A DNA stretch of 64,000 nucleotides from Desulforegulaceae bacterium (lineage in GTDB: Bacteria; Desulfobacterota; Desulfobacteria; Desulfobacterales; JACKCP01), in the NCBI GenBank assembly GCA_034007295.1, contig JAVERC010000012.1, positions 5,329 through 69,328 of the forward strand, in the 5' to 3' direction. The notes beneath the pieces were generated by a model. That model was not told the DNA's origin. It saw only the letters and a list, made by a program, of their open reading frames with translations, and searched no databases. Numbering within the stretch: position 1 is the stretch's first letter; every line of letters starts with the position of its first letter. The position numbers and the translations under genes are program-made. This document shows, in pieces, positions 40,821 to 48,843 of the stretch.

Positions 40821-41018
40821 ACCTGAATTGAGCGATTTTCAAATTTGCTGCATATAACGGCAAATTGTATCAAGCTATACTTTTGCTATGCGTGATGCAA
40901 TTTAACGCATAAAATGCGGCAAAATTCGAAAGCTCGCAGAGTTTCATATTTTTAAATACAATAAGCTTAATTTATTGGAAATTTATTAATTTAAAAATAT
41001 TAAACTATCAATTTAAGT
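40821..41018 (+). repeat. MITE-like structured repeat, family A, copy 1
   Basis: About 198 bp, near-identical to 41746-41943. Terminal inverted repeats ACCTGAATTGAGCG / CTATCAATTTAAGT. Internal nested stems (TTTGCTGCAT...ATGCGGCAAA; TATGCGT...ACGCATA). Confidence 0.75.
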
Positions 41019-41380
41019 TAAACTTCCATTTCCTGATACCTATGCATAATTCTCCACACATTAAAATATGAATCCATTTTTTCATCCAAAAGTTTTTTAT
41101 CCATCTCCTCTTCCATATCTTTTTTATGAACAGCATTTTTAAAATTTGAGTAATCAATATTTTTTGCTGTAAAAACCATATAGTCTTCAAGCTGCTTTCT
41201 TGTTATATAAATTCTGTATCTATAATCGCTGCCTGAATATTCATGGATTTTAAGATTAGGGTCAATATTATTGGCTGCATTTTTTAAATCATGTTTTTTT
41301 CTAGCTCTTACCTGGATTAAATTTTGATCTTTTATGCTGATACTTATTGAAAAAAAACCATCTGTATTGAATATCCACAT
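41018..41380 (-). CDS. Hypothetical protein bracketed by family-A repeats
   Basis: 120-aa ORF. Its stop codon (41018-41020) lies at the right end of repeat A1. No domain recognised. Confidence 0.4.
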   Translation of the reverse strand: MWIFNTDGFFSISISIKDQNLIQVRARKKHDLKNAANNIDPNLKIHEYSGSDYRYRIYITRKQLEDYMVFTAKNIDYSNFKNAVHKKDMEEEMDKKLLDEKMDSYFNVWRIMHRYQEMEV

Positions 41381-41745
41381 ATGCCCTGCTCCCTTTTATT
41401 TAAAAAATTTTATTAATAAAACCAAATTTCATATTAATTACTGCCAATTAATATTAACGGCGTTATTTTGTAATTTTTAATATTTTTTAAAATAATATCA
41501 CATCAGGTCTGTCAAAAAGTGACAGACCTAAAAAAATTATTGGAAATTTTGATATAAGAAGTGAAAAAACTAAAAAAATGGTCAGCAAATACGGGATAAG
41601 GTGTGTTATGATAAACTCAATTAAAACACCGGCAAAAATATTTTTTATCTCCGAATTTTTTAAATCAAAAGGGTAACAAAATTGCAGATATAAATTACCC
41701 CGAATTTGAAAAACCCGGGGTAAAAATAAACAAATTTTAAATAAA

Positions 41746-41943
41746 ACCTAAGTTGAGCAATTTTCAAGTTTGCTGCATATACAAGGCAAATTGTATCAGG
41801 CTATACTTTTGCTATGCGTGATACAATTTAACGCATAAGATGCGGCAAAATTGGAAAGCCCACAGGTTTCATGTTTTTAAATATAATAAGTTTAAATCAT
41901 TAAAAATTTATTAATTTAAAAATATAAAACGCTCAATTTAGGT
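41746..41943 (+). repeat. MITE-like structured repeat, family A, copy 2
   Basis: Direct repeat of 40821-41018. Termini ACCTAAGTTGAGC / GCTCAATTTAGGT are inverted repeats of each other. Confidence 0.75.
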
Positions 41944-41962
41944 AAAAATCAGACTAAATACT

Positions 41963-42110
41963 TAGTTGCTGAACGAAAACGGCCTTTTTTGTCCATTCTT
42001 AAGTCAGATTCAAAATTTAATCCTCAAAATACTCAATGTATCCTAAAGGTTAAATTTTTCATCTTCCTTAAACTGAACAAAAAATTCTCGTTTTCGACAG
42101 ATCAATACTT
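41963..42110 (-). repeat. MITE-like repeat, family B, copy 1 (inverted relative to copies 2 and 3)
   Basis: TAGTTGCTGAACGAAAACGGCC...GAACAAAAAATTCTCGTTTTCG is the reverse complement of 47208-47352 and 47801-47940. Lies just downstream of the leuA stop. Confidence 0.75.
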
Positions 42111-42129
42111 AATTTTTTTAGGCTGCAGT

Positions 42130-43674
42130 CTAAATTTCTGCTTTTTCAGTAATTCCTCTCAAGCCAAGCTTTATAAGTCTGTTAAGACCGTTTAAATAAG
42201 CCCTTGCACTTGCTGTAAGAATATCTGGGTGTGCACCTTTTCCAAGGGCAATTTTTCCATTGCTGTCCTTAAGTCTTACAGTAACTTCGCCCTGTGCATC
42301 TGTACCGCCTGTAAGTGCAGTAATTGAGTATCTCAAAAGTTCAGGTTTTTTACCTGTTATTTTTGAAATTGCATTAAAAACTGCATCAATTGGGCCAGTT
42401 CCATCACTGAATTCCATTTTTTCAATTCCATCAACAAGAAGCTTTACACTTGCAGTTGGAAAAATTGAAGTTCCGGTTGAAACATGAATATACTCAAGCT
42501 TATAAATATCTTCTGTTCGAAGAATTCCTTCATTTACAAGGGCTTCAAGGTCTTCATCAAGAATTTCCTTTTTCTTGTCACATAAAGACTTAAATTCCTT
42601 TGCAACAACAGCAACTTCTTCATCAGAAAGCTTATATCCCATTTCTTCAAGTCTTGCCTTTATTGCAGCCTTGCCTGAATGCTTTCCAAGAATCATTTTA
42701 TTTGAGCTTAAGCCAACAGTTTCAGGCTTCATGATTTCATAGGTCATGGGATTTTTCAAAACACCGTCCTGATGAATTCCAGACTCATGGGCAAAGGCAT
42801 TTGCACCGACAACAGCCTTGTTGGGCTGAACCATAATTCCTGTAATCATGGATACAAGGCGGCTTGTGGGATAAATTTTTGTTGTGTCAATACCAGTTGT
42901 ATAACCTAAATCTTCAGCTCTTGTATTAAGAGTCATTACAAATTCTTCCAAAGAAGTATTTCCGGCTCTTTCACCTATTCCGTTTATTGTAACCTCAACC
43001 TGCCTTGCTCCGGCATTGACTGCTGAAAGAGTATTGGCAGTTGCAAGTCCAAGATCATTATGACAATGAACGCTTATAACAGCTTTATGTGCATTTTTCG
43101 AATTTTCCATGATGTATTTTATAAGACTTCCATATTCGTCTGGAAGTGCATAACCTACAGTATCTGGAATATTAACTGTTGTTGCACCGGCATCAATTAC
43201 GCAATCAACCACTCTGCAAAGAAAATCCTTATCGCTTCTTGAACCGTCTTCAGCTGAAAATTCTACATTGTCTGTAAAAGTTTTGGCATATTTGACAGCC
43301 TCAACTGCCTTTTCAAGAACTTTTTCAGGGTCCATGTCAAGTTTGTATTTCATATGAAGATCTGATGTTGCAATAAAAGTATGAAGTCTTGGATATTTTG
43401 CATGCTTTACTGCTTCCCAGGCTCTGTCTATATCAGACTTGTTTGCTCTGCAAAGTCCTGCAATCTGTGCTTTTTTTGCGTTTTTTGCAACTTCAGAAAC
43501 TGCTTCAAAATCACCGTCTGATGCAGCCGGAAATCCTGCTTCAATCACATCAACTCCAAGCTCTTCAAGACGGTTTGCAATTCTAACTTTTTCGGCAATA
43601 TTCATTGTTGCACCAGGAGACTGTTCACCATCTCTTAATGTAGTATCAAATATAATTATTCTGCTGCTGTCCAT
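42130..43674 (-). CDS. leuA: 2-isopropylmalate synthase
   Basis: 514 aa. IIFDTTLRDGEQSPG N-terminal motif, HCHNDLGLA, and a C-terminal LeuA dimerisation/regulatory domain. Confidence 0.95.
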   Translation of the reverse strand: MDSSRIIIFDTTLRDGEQSPGATMNIAEKVRIANRLEELGVDVIEAGFPAASDGDFEAVSEVAKNAKKAQIAGLCRANKSDIDRAWEAVKHAKYPRLHTFIATSDLHMKYKLDMDPEKVLEKAVEAVKYAKTFTDNVEFSAEDGSRSDKDFLCRVVDCVIDAGATTVNIPDTVGYALPDEYGSLIKYIMENSKNAHKAVISVHCHNDLGLATANTLSAVNAGARQVEVTINGIGERAGNTSLEEFVMTLNTRAEDLGYTTGIDTTKIYPTSRLVSMITGIMVQPNKAVVGANAFAHESGIHQDGVLKNPMTYEIMKPETVGLSSNKMILGKHSGKAAIKARLEEMGYKLSDEEVAVVAKEFKSLCDKKKEILDEDLEALVNEGILRTEDIYKLEYIHVSTGTSIFPTASVKLLVDGIEKMEFSDGTGPIDAVFNAISKITGKKPELLRYSITALTGGTDAQGEVTVRLKDSNGKIALGKGAHPDILTASARAYLNGLNRLIKLGLRGITEKAEI

Positions 43675-43957
43675 TATTTTGTCCTTTTCGGTTTTTTCAA
43701 GTTATGTTTGATTTATTTTTTTTAATAACCGAAAATACCGAGCATGGACCGCGGGATTATGCAATCTTTGCTGCCCGCGGCTTTAAACCCTTCAAAAAAC
43801 AAATTATCCTCCGCACTTTTAATTTAAAAATAAGTGTCATATATAATATTTTTTCCCATAAAATGTCCAATTTAATATTGAACAATATGAAAAATATTAT
43901 TTATGATTTTAAAAATTCAATTTATACAGATCTAAAAAAAACAAAAAGGTTAAAAAA

Positions 43958-44683
43958 ATGTCTTCAGATTTTAAAGAAATTAATTTTTATTCAGAAAAAT
44001 TCAGTCTAAGCGGATATCTTCATATACCCAAAAATTTTTCAAATTCCATAGTTATTGGTTCACACGGACTTTTAAGCGACGCACAGAGCATGAAGCAGAT
44101 AAATCTTGCAAAAAGGCTTTCTGACTATAATATCGGATATCTCAGATTCAATCACAGGGGATGCTCAACAAGCCAAGGAAAACTTGAAAATACCAATCTT
44201 TTAACAAGAAAAACTGATATCATATCAGCCTTTGAATACTTAAAGACAAATTATAATATAAAAAAAACAGGTCTTTTTGGAAGCAGTATGGGAGGAGCTG
44301 CATGTATTTGTTCCCATGATGAAATTAAACCTCAGGCAATGGTTCTTGTTGCATCTCCGGTTCTTGGGAAAACCATGAAAAATTCCTTTTCAAATAGTAT
44401 TGATATACTTATGAAGGAAACAGGATTATCAAGAAATTTTTTTGAAAAAAATATAGATTTTGACCTTTCAGGTGATATTGATAAAATAAAAAATTCACTT
44501 GTAATTCATGGTGATAATGATGAAATTGTACCTTTTGAAAATGGAGAAATTTTATATTCAAATCTAAAAAATGATAAAAAAATGATCAGAATAAAAAATG
44601 GAGACCACAGAATTACAAGTCCAAAAGATCAAAATATTATGATTGATGAAACAGTTAACTGGTTTGTAAAATACTTAAATTAA
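43958..44683 (+). CDS. Alpha/beta-fold hydrolase
   Basis: 241 aa. GSHG oxyanion region, nucleophile elbow GSSMGG (GxSxG), and late HGDNDEIVP and GDH blocks. Confidence 0.75.
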   Translation: MSSDFKEINFYSEKFSLSGYLHIPKNFSNSIVIGSHGLLSDAQSMKQINLAKRLSDYNIGYLRFNHRGCSTSQGKLENTNLLTRKTDIISAFEYLKTNYNIKKTGLFGSSMGGAACICSHDEIKPQAMVLVASPVLGKTMKNSFSNSIDILMKETGLSRNFFEKNIDFDLSGDIDKIKNSLVIHGDNDEIVPFENGEILYSNLKNDKKMIRIKNGDHRITSPKDQNIMIDETVNWFVKYLN

Positions 44684-44699
44684 ACAGGGAGAAATATTT

Positions 44700-45686
44700 A
44701 TGGAATATCCCCAGCATAATCTGGGCCTTGATCTTGTAAGGGTTACTGAAACGGCTGCCCTTGCGTCTGCAAGATGGCTTGGCAAAGGTGAAAAAGAAAA
44801 AGGAGATCAGGCAGCAGTTGATGCCATGAGACTTTCATTTAATGCAATAAATATCAAAGGCAGGGTAATAATAGGCGAAGGTGAAAAGGATCATGCTCCA
44901 ATGCTCTACAACGGAGAATCACTTGGTACAGGACAAGGGCCTTCAGTTGATGTAGCAGTTGATCCAGTTGAAGGCACCAACCTTCTTGCATACGGAAGAC
45001 CAAATGCCATTGCAGTTGTTGGTGTTGCACCCGAAGGCACAATGTTTACTCCAGGCTCAAGCTTTTATATGGAAAAACTTGTTGTACCTGAAGCTGCAAG
45101 AAATGTTGCAGATATTGAGGCTCCGGTGGAAGATAACCTTTCAAAAATAGCAAAAGCACTTGGAAAAGACGTGGAAGACCTCATGGTTTTTGTCCTTGAC
45201 AAACCAAGACACAGGGAACTTATTGAAAAAATAAGAAAAGCAGGTGCAAGAATCCAGCTTCACACAGACGGAGATGTTGCAGGCTCTTTAATGGCAATTG
45301 ATCCCACATCTGAAGTAGATCTTATGATGGGAACAGGAGGAACCCCTGAAGGAGTACTTTCTGCCTGTGCAATAAAAGGTCTTAACGGAGAAATTTTTAC
45401 AAGATTGAATCCCCAGAAAAAAGAAGAAATTGAGGCCTTAAAAAAAGAAGGTGCTGATTTAAAAAAAGTAAGAAACGTAGACGACCTTGTAAGAAGTGAA
45501 GATGTCTTTTTTGCAGCAACAGGAATTTCAGGAGGCACTTTTCTTTCAGGAGTTACCTATACAGGAAAAGGTGCTGTTACACAGTCAATGGTTATCAGGG
45601 GAAGAACAGGAACAATCAGATATATAAAATCTTTTCATAATTTCACAAAACTTATGAAATTCAGTTCCATTAAATATGAACGATAA
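44700..45686 (+). CDS. glpX: Class II fructose-1,6-bisphosphatase
   Basis: 328 aa. LVRVTETAALASARWLGKGEKEKGDQAAVDAMR and VDPVEGTN are GlpX signatures. Confidence 0.95.
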   Translation: MEYPQHNLGLDLVRVTETAALASARWLGKGEKEKGDQAAVDAMRLSFNAINIKGRVIIGEGEKDHAPMLYNGESLGTGQGPSVDVAVDPVEGTNLLAYGRPNAIAVVGVAPEGTMFTPGSSFYMEKLVVPEAARNVADIEAPVEDNLSKIAKALGKDVEDLMVFVLDKPRHRELIEKIRKAGARIQLHTDGDVAGSLMAIDPTSEVDLMMGTGGTPEGVLSACAIKGLNGEIFTRLNPQKKEEIEALKKEGADLKKVRNVDDLVRSEDVFFAATGISGGTFLSGVTYTGKGAVTQSMVIRGRTGTIRYIKSFHNFTKLMKFSSIKYER

Positions 45687-45700
45687 AAATTGGAGAAAAT

Positions 45701-47188
45701 ATGCTTAAAATAATAAAATTTTCAGAACTTGAAGCAGGCTCAGAAATAACTGCTATTGGTTCATGTGAAAATATTAATGAATTTTGTGGTGAAAAAAAAT
45801 ATTTTGCAGTGGAAAAAATTGCAAGAGAACTTGAAGAGTTTAAAGGAGAAGAAGATAAAACAATAGTTTTTTATTCACCTGAAAATATCAATGCAAAAAA
45901 AATGGTTGTCTGCGGTTTTGGAAAAAAGGAAAACATATCATCCGAATCTTTCAGAAGATTTGCTTCAAATGCCGTAAAACAGGCACTTTCTCTTAAAGCA
46001 TCCTGCCTTGACATTATAATCCCTGATTTTAATAAAGCAGATTCTGATAAAATTGAATCTTTCAAAGCAATTTGTGAAGGAGCTTATCTTTCAAATTATT
46101 CTTTTAATCAATACAAGTCAAAAAAAGATGAGCAGCCTTTAAAGGAAATAAGAATCCCTGTTTTGGATGAAAACCTTGAAGAATTTAAAAAAATTGCAGA
46201 TCAAACTGAAAAAATCTGTTCCTGCGTTTTTTTTGCAAGAAATATTGTTTCTACACCACCAATAGATAAAAGACCTGAAAAGCTTAAAAACCTGCTTGTT
46301 GATTTTGCCTCAAGGTCAGGACTTCAAACTCAGGTTTTTGACAATGCTAAACTTGAAGAGCTTGGATTTAATTCACATCTTGGAGTTGCAAAAGGAAGCT
46401 CAGAAGGTGCATATCTTGTAATAATGGAATATACTCCAAAAAATTATAATGAAACAATTGCCCTTGTTGGAAAAGGCATAACATTTGATTCAGGCGGACT
46501 TGACCTTAAGCCCCCTTCCGGAATGGAAGACATGAAGCTTGACATGGGAGGAGCTGCTGCTGTTACAGGAGCTGCTGCTGCCCTTGCAAAGCTTGGCATA
46601 AACAAAAGAATAATTGCAGTTGTACCAATTGCGGAAAATATGATTTCAGGTGATTCATACAGGCCCGGTGATGTTTTAAAATCCTATAATGGTAAAACCA
46701 TTGAGGTTTTAAATACCGATGCAGAAGGAAGACTTATTCTTGCAGATGCTCTTTCCTATACAGAAAAACTTTTCAATCCAGACCTTATAATTGATGCTGC
46801 AACTCTTACAGGTGCCTGCATGGTAGCCCTTGGAGATAAAATTGCAGGAGTTTTTACAGACAGTGAAGAAATCGGTTCAGAAATTGTAAAAGCAGGCAAA
46901 AAAATAAATGAACCATGCTGGATGCTTCCTGTTTTTAAAGACTATGCAAAAAAACTGAAAAGCAGTGTTGCAGACCTTAAAAACATAACCGGTGGAAAAT
47001 ACGGCGGAGCAATTACAGCGGCACTTTTTTTAAAGGAATTTGTAGAAAAAACAGATTATGTTCATCTTGACATTGCAGGCCCTGCCTTCAGCCATGAAGC
47101 AGACCATTATACCAATAAAGGCGGCACAGGCTTTGGTGTAAGGCTTATTACTGAATATGTCATGACAAGAGAATTAAACCTGAGTTGA
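45701..47188 (+). CDS. pepA: Leucyl aminopeptidase (M17)
   Basis: 495 aa. VGKGITFDSGG, NTDAEGRLILADAL and ATLTGA motifs. Confidence 0.9.
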   Translation: MLKIIKFSELEAGSEITAIGSCENINEFCGEKKYFAVEKIARELEEFKGEEDKTIVFYSPENINAKKMVVCGFGKKENISSESFRRFASNAVKQALSLKASCLDIIIPDFNKADSDKIESFKAICEGAYLSNYSFNQYKSKKDEQPLKEIRIPVLDENLEEFKKIADQTEKICSCVFFARNIVSTPPIDKRPEKLKNLLVDFASRSGLQTQVFDNAKLEELGFNSHLGVAKGSSEGAYLVIMEYTPKNYNETIALVGKGITFDSGGLDLKPPSGMEDMKLDMGGAAAVTGAAAALAKLGINKRIIAVVPIAENMISGDSYRPGDVLKSYNGKTIEVLNTDAEGRLILADALSYTEKLFNPDLIIDAATLTGACMVALGDKIAGVFTDSEEIGSEIVKAGKKINEPCWMLPVFKDYAKKLKSSVADLKNITGGKYGGAITAALFLKEFVEKTDYVHLDIAGPAFSHEADHYTNKGGTGFGVRLITEYVMTRELNLS

Positions 47189-47207
47189 GCGTTTCATATT
47201 TTTAAAT
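47177..47207 (+). repeat. Family-A repeat fragment (left terminus plus internal piece)
   Basis: ACCTGAGTTGAGCG followed by TTTCATATTTTTAAAT, both matching A1/A2 with the central ~130 bp missing. Contains the pepA stop codon. Confidence 0.5.
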
Positions 47208-47352
47208 TAGTTATTGGCCGAAAACGAGAATTTTTTGTTCAGTTCAAGGAAGATAAAAAATTTAACCTTTACGATACATTTAGTATTTTGAGGATTAAAT
47301 TTTGAATCTGACTTAAAAATGGACAAAAAAAGCCGTTTTCGTTCAGCAACTA
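47208..47352 (+). repeat. MITE-like repeat, family B, copy 2
   Basis: TAGTTATTGGCCGAAAACGAG...GCCGTTTTCGTTCAGCAACTA with imperfect ~21-bp terminal inverted repeats. Confidence 0.75.
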
Positions 47353-47373
47353 AATATTTTAATTAAAAATCCA

Positions 47374-47738
47374 ATGGAAAGGGACAATGGAAGAAAGGCT
47401 GCAGAACTTGTATATCAAAAAAGCGATATAAAACCCTTATGTGAATTTGTGGAAAATAATTATTTTAAAATTTTCAGTAACAGGGATTATATTTTAGCAA
47501 ATGAACTTACCCTTAAAACCGCATTTTTAACTCTTTTATATAATGATTCAATTTTTCTCATGGATTCTGAGGCTGAAATTTCAAGAAGATATTCTGATCT
47601 TACAATGATAATCCGTCCTGACAGGCGTTATATGGAAAGGTTTATGATGTTTTGATTGAATTTAAGTTTATAAGCCTTAAAGAGGCCGGACTAACAGGTA
47701 AAGAAGCAAAAAATTTAAGCATGCTTTTTTTATTTTAA
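47374..47738 (+). pseudogene. 5'-truncated, frameshifted remnant of a PD-(D/E)XK (PDDEXK_9 / AAA-ATPase_like family) gene
   Basis: The ORF gives ..LMDSEAEISRRYSDLTMIIRPD.. and ends at 47655. The adjacent frame continues from 47640 with VYDVLIEFKFISLKEAGLTGKEAKNLS, the expected E-x-K block. The N-terminal ATPase part is absent, and the remnant starts right after repeat B2. Confidence 0.5.
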
Positions 47739-47800
47739 TAAAAATATTTTTGAAAATTAAAAAATTAATACCGTTAAAAAATTTAAGTTAAAAAACTATT

Positions 47801-47940
47801 TAGTGATTGGCCGAAAACTAGAATTTTTTGTTCAGTTCAAGTGAAAAATTTAACCTTTAGGATACATTTAATATTTTGAGGATTAAATTTTGAATCTGAC
47901 TTAAGAATGGACAAAAAAGGCCGTTTTCGTTCAGCAACTA
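47801..47940 (+). repeat. MITE-like repeat, family B, copy 3
   Basis: Direct repeat of 47208-47352 with a short internal deletion. Confidence 0.75.
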
Positions 47941-47983
47941 TTTATACACTTGAATTTTTAATTGAAAATAAAGGAAAAATAAT

Positions 47984-48517
47984 ATGGTAGAAATTTGGGA
48001 TGATTACTGCGGATTTGTAGAATTTGAAGACGGAGATGTTGAATATCCTGATTCAGAAGAATATGATGCCTGTTTTGAATCTGAACTTTATGATGAAATG
48101 AGACGGGAACAAGAATTGCAAGATGAAGAAGATTATAATTCTGGTTTTGAATCTGAATTTTTTGATCAAATGAAACTTGAAGAAAAATTAAAAAATGAGA
48201 AAGATTATGACTCCAATTTTGAAGCTGAAGCTCATGAACAAATAAAACTTGAAGAAAAACTAAAAAATGAAAAAGATTATGACTCTAAATTTGAAGCTGA
48301 AGTTTATGAACAAATAAAACTTGAAGAAAAACTATTACATGAAGCATATTTGGATGCATTAATTGATACATACGAACAAGCCAACAGATCAGACCATGTA
48401 GACCCGTTTGAAGAAATGGAAAGAGAATTAAATGAAAAAAGAAATCATTCATATAGATTGATAATTCTTTCACCACAAGAAAAAAATAATAACAACAATG
48501 ATGATATCCCGTTTTAA
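47984..48517 (+). CDS. Highly acidic repeat protein, unknown function
   Basis: 177 aa. AGGAAA RBS. Five-fold reiterated (D/E)Y(D/N)xxFE(S/A)Ex(Y/F/H)(D/E)(E/Q)(M/I) units, very rich in D and E. Confidence 0.5.
   Translation: MVEIWDDYCGFVEFEDGDVEYPDSEEYDACFESELYDEMRREQELQDEEDYNSGFESEFFDQMKLEEKLKNEKDYDSNFEAEAHEQIKLEEKLKNEKDYDSKFEAEVYEQIKLEEKLLHEAYLDALIDTYEQANRSDHVDPFEEMERELNEKRNHSYRLIILSPQEKNNNNNDDIPF
48173..48336 (+). repeat. 72-bp in-frame tandem repeat (2.3 copies) inside the acidic protein gene
   Basis: 48173-48244 and 48245-48316 are near-identical (AAACTTGAAGAAAAAYTAAAAAATGARAAAGATTATGACTCYAAWTTTGAAGCTGAAG...). A third partial unit follows. Confidence 0.8.
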
Positions 48518-48549
48518 AAAATTATAATAATTTCAAAAAAAGGGTAAAA

Positions 48550-48765
48550 ATGCCAAAAATCAGATATTTTGCAGCTTTAATGAATTCTAAAGAATTTTTT
48601 CTTTTCAAAAAACAGCTTGAAAATGAAAGAAATAAAAGAAGACAAAAAATGAAGAAATTTTATAAAAAAAACAAGGAAAAAATTTTAAATTTTGAACTGA
48701 AGGGACTTGATTTTTCAGATTTAAAAGAAGCAGAATGCACACCAAAAAAACCTGAAAAAAATTAA
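48550..48765 (+). CDS. Small lysine-rich hypothetical protein
   Basis: 71-aa ORF preceded by AAGGGT. Lies between the acidic protein gene and cad1 on the same strand. No homology recognised, so coding status is uncertain. Confidence 0.3.
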   Translation: MPKIRYFAALMNSKEFFLFKKQLENERNKRRQKMKKFYKKNKEKILNFELKGLDFSDLKEAECTPKKPEKN

Positions 48766-48843
48766 TTTGTTGATATTTTTTTAATTAAAAATATTCTAAT
48801 CAGAAAAAACTTTGGAACAAAATTTTTTAAAAGCCTGGAAATT

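Noticed and set aside
41989-42195. 68-aa ORF
   Set aside because: It lies inside MITE-like repeat B1 and overlaps the leuA 3' end, and equivalent frames are not preserved in copies B2/B3.
43704-44009. 101-aa ORF in the leuA / hydrolase intergenic region
   Set aside because: It spans the divergent promoter region and overlaps the better-supported hydrolase start. It is AT-rich and low-complexity with no RBS.
48173-48336. 72-bp tandem repeat considered as a mini CRISPR array near the cas genes
   Set aside because: The units are directly adjacent with no spacers, are in frame, and encode the reiterated acidic peptide. This is a coding tandem repeat.
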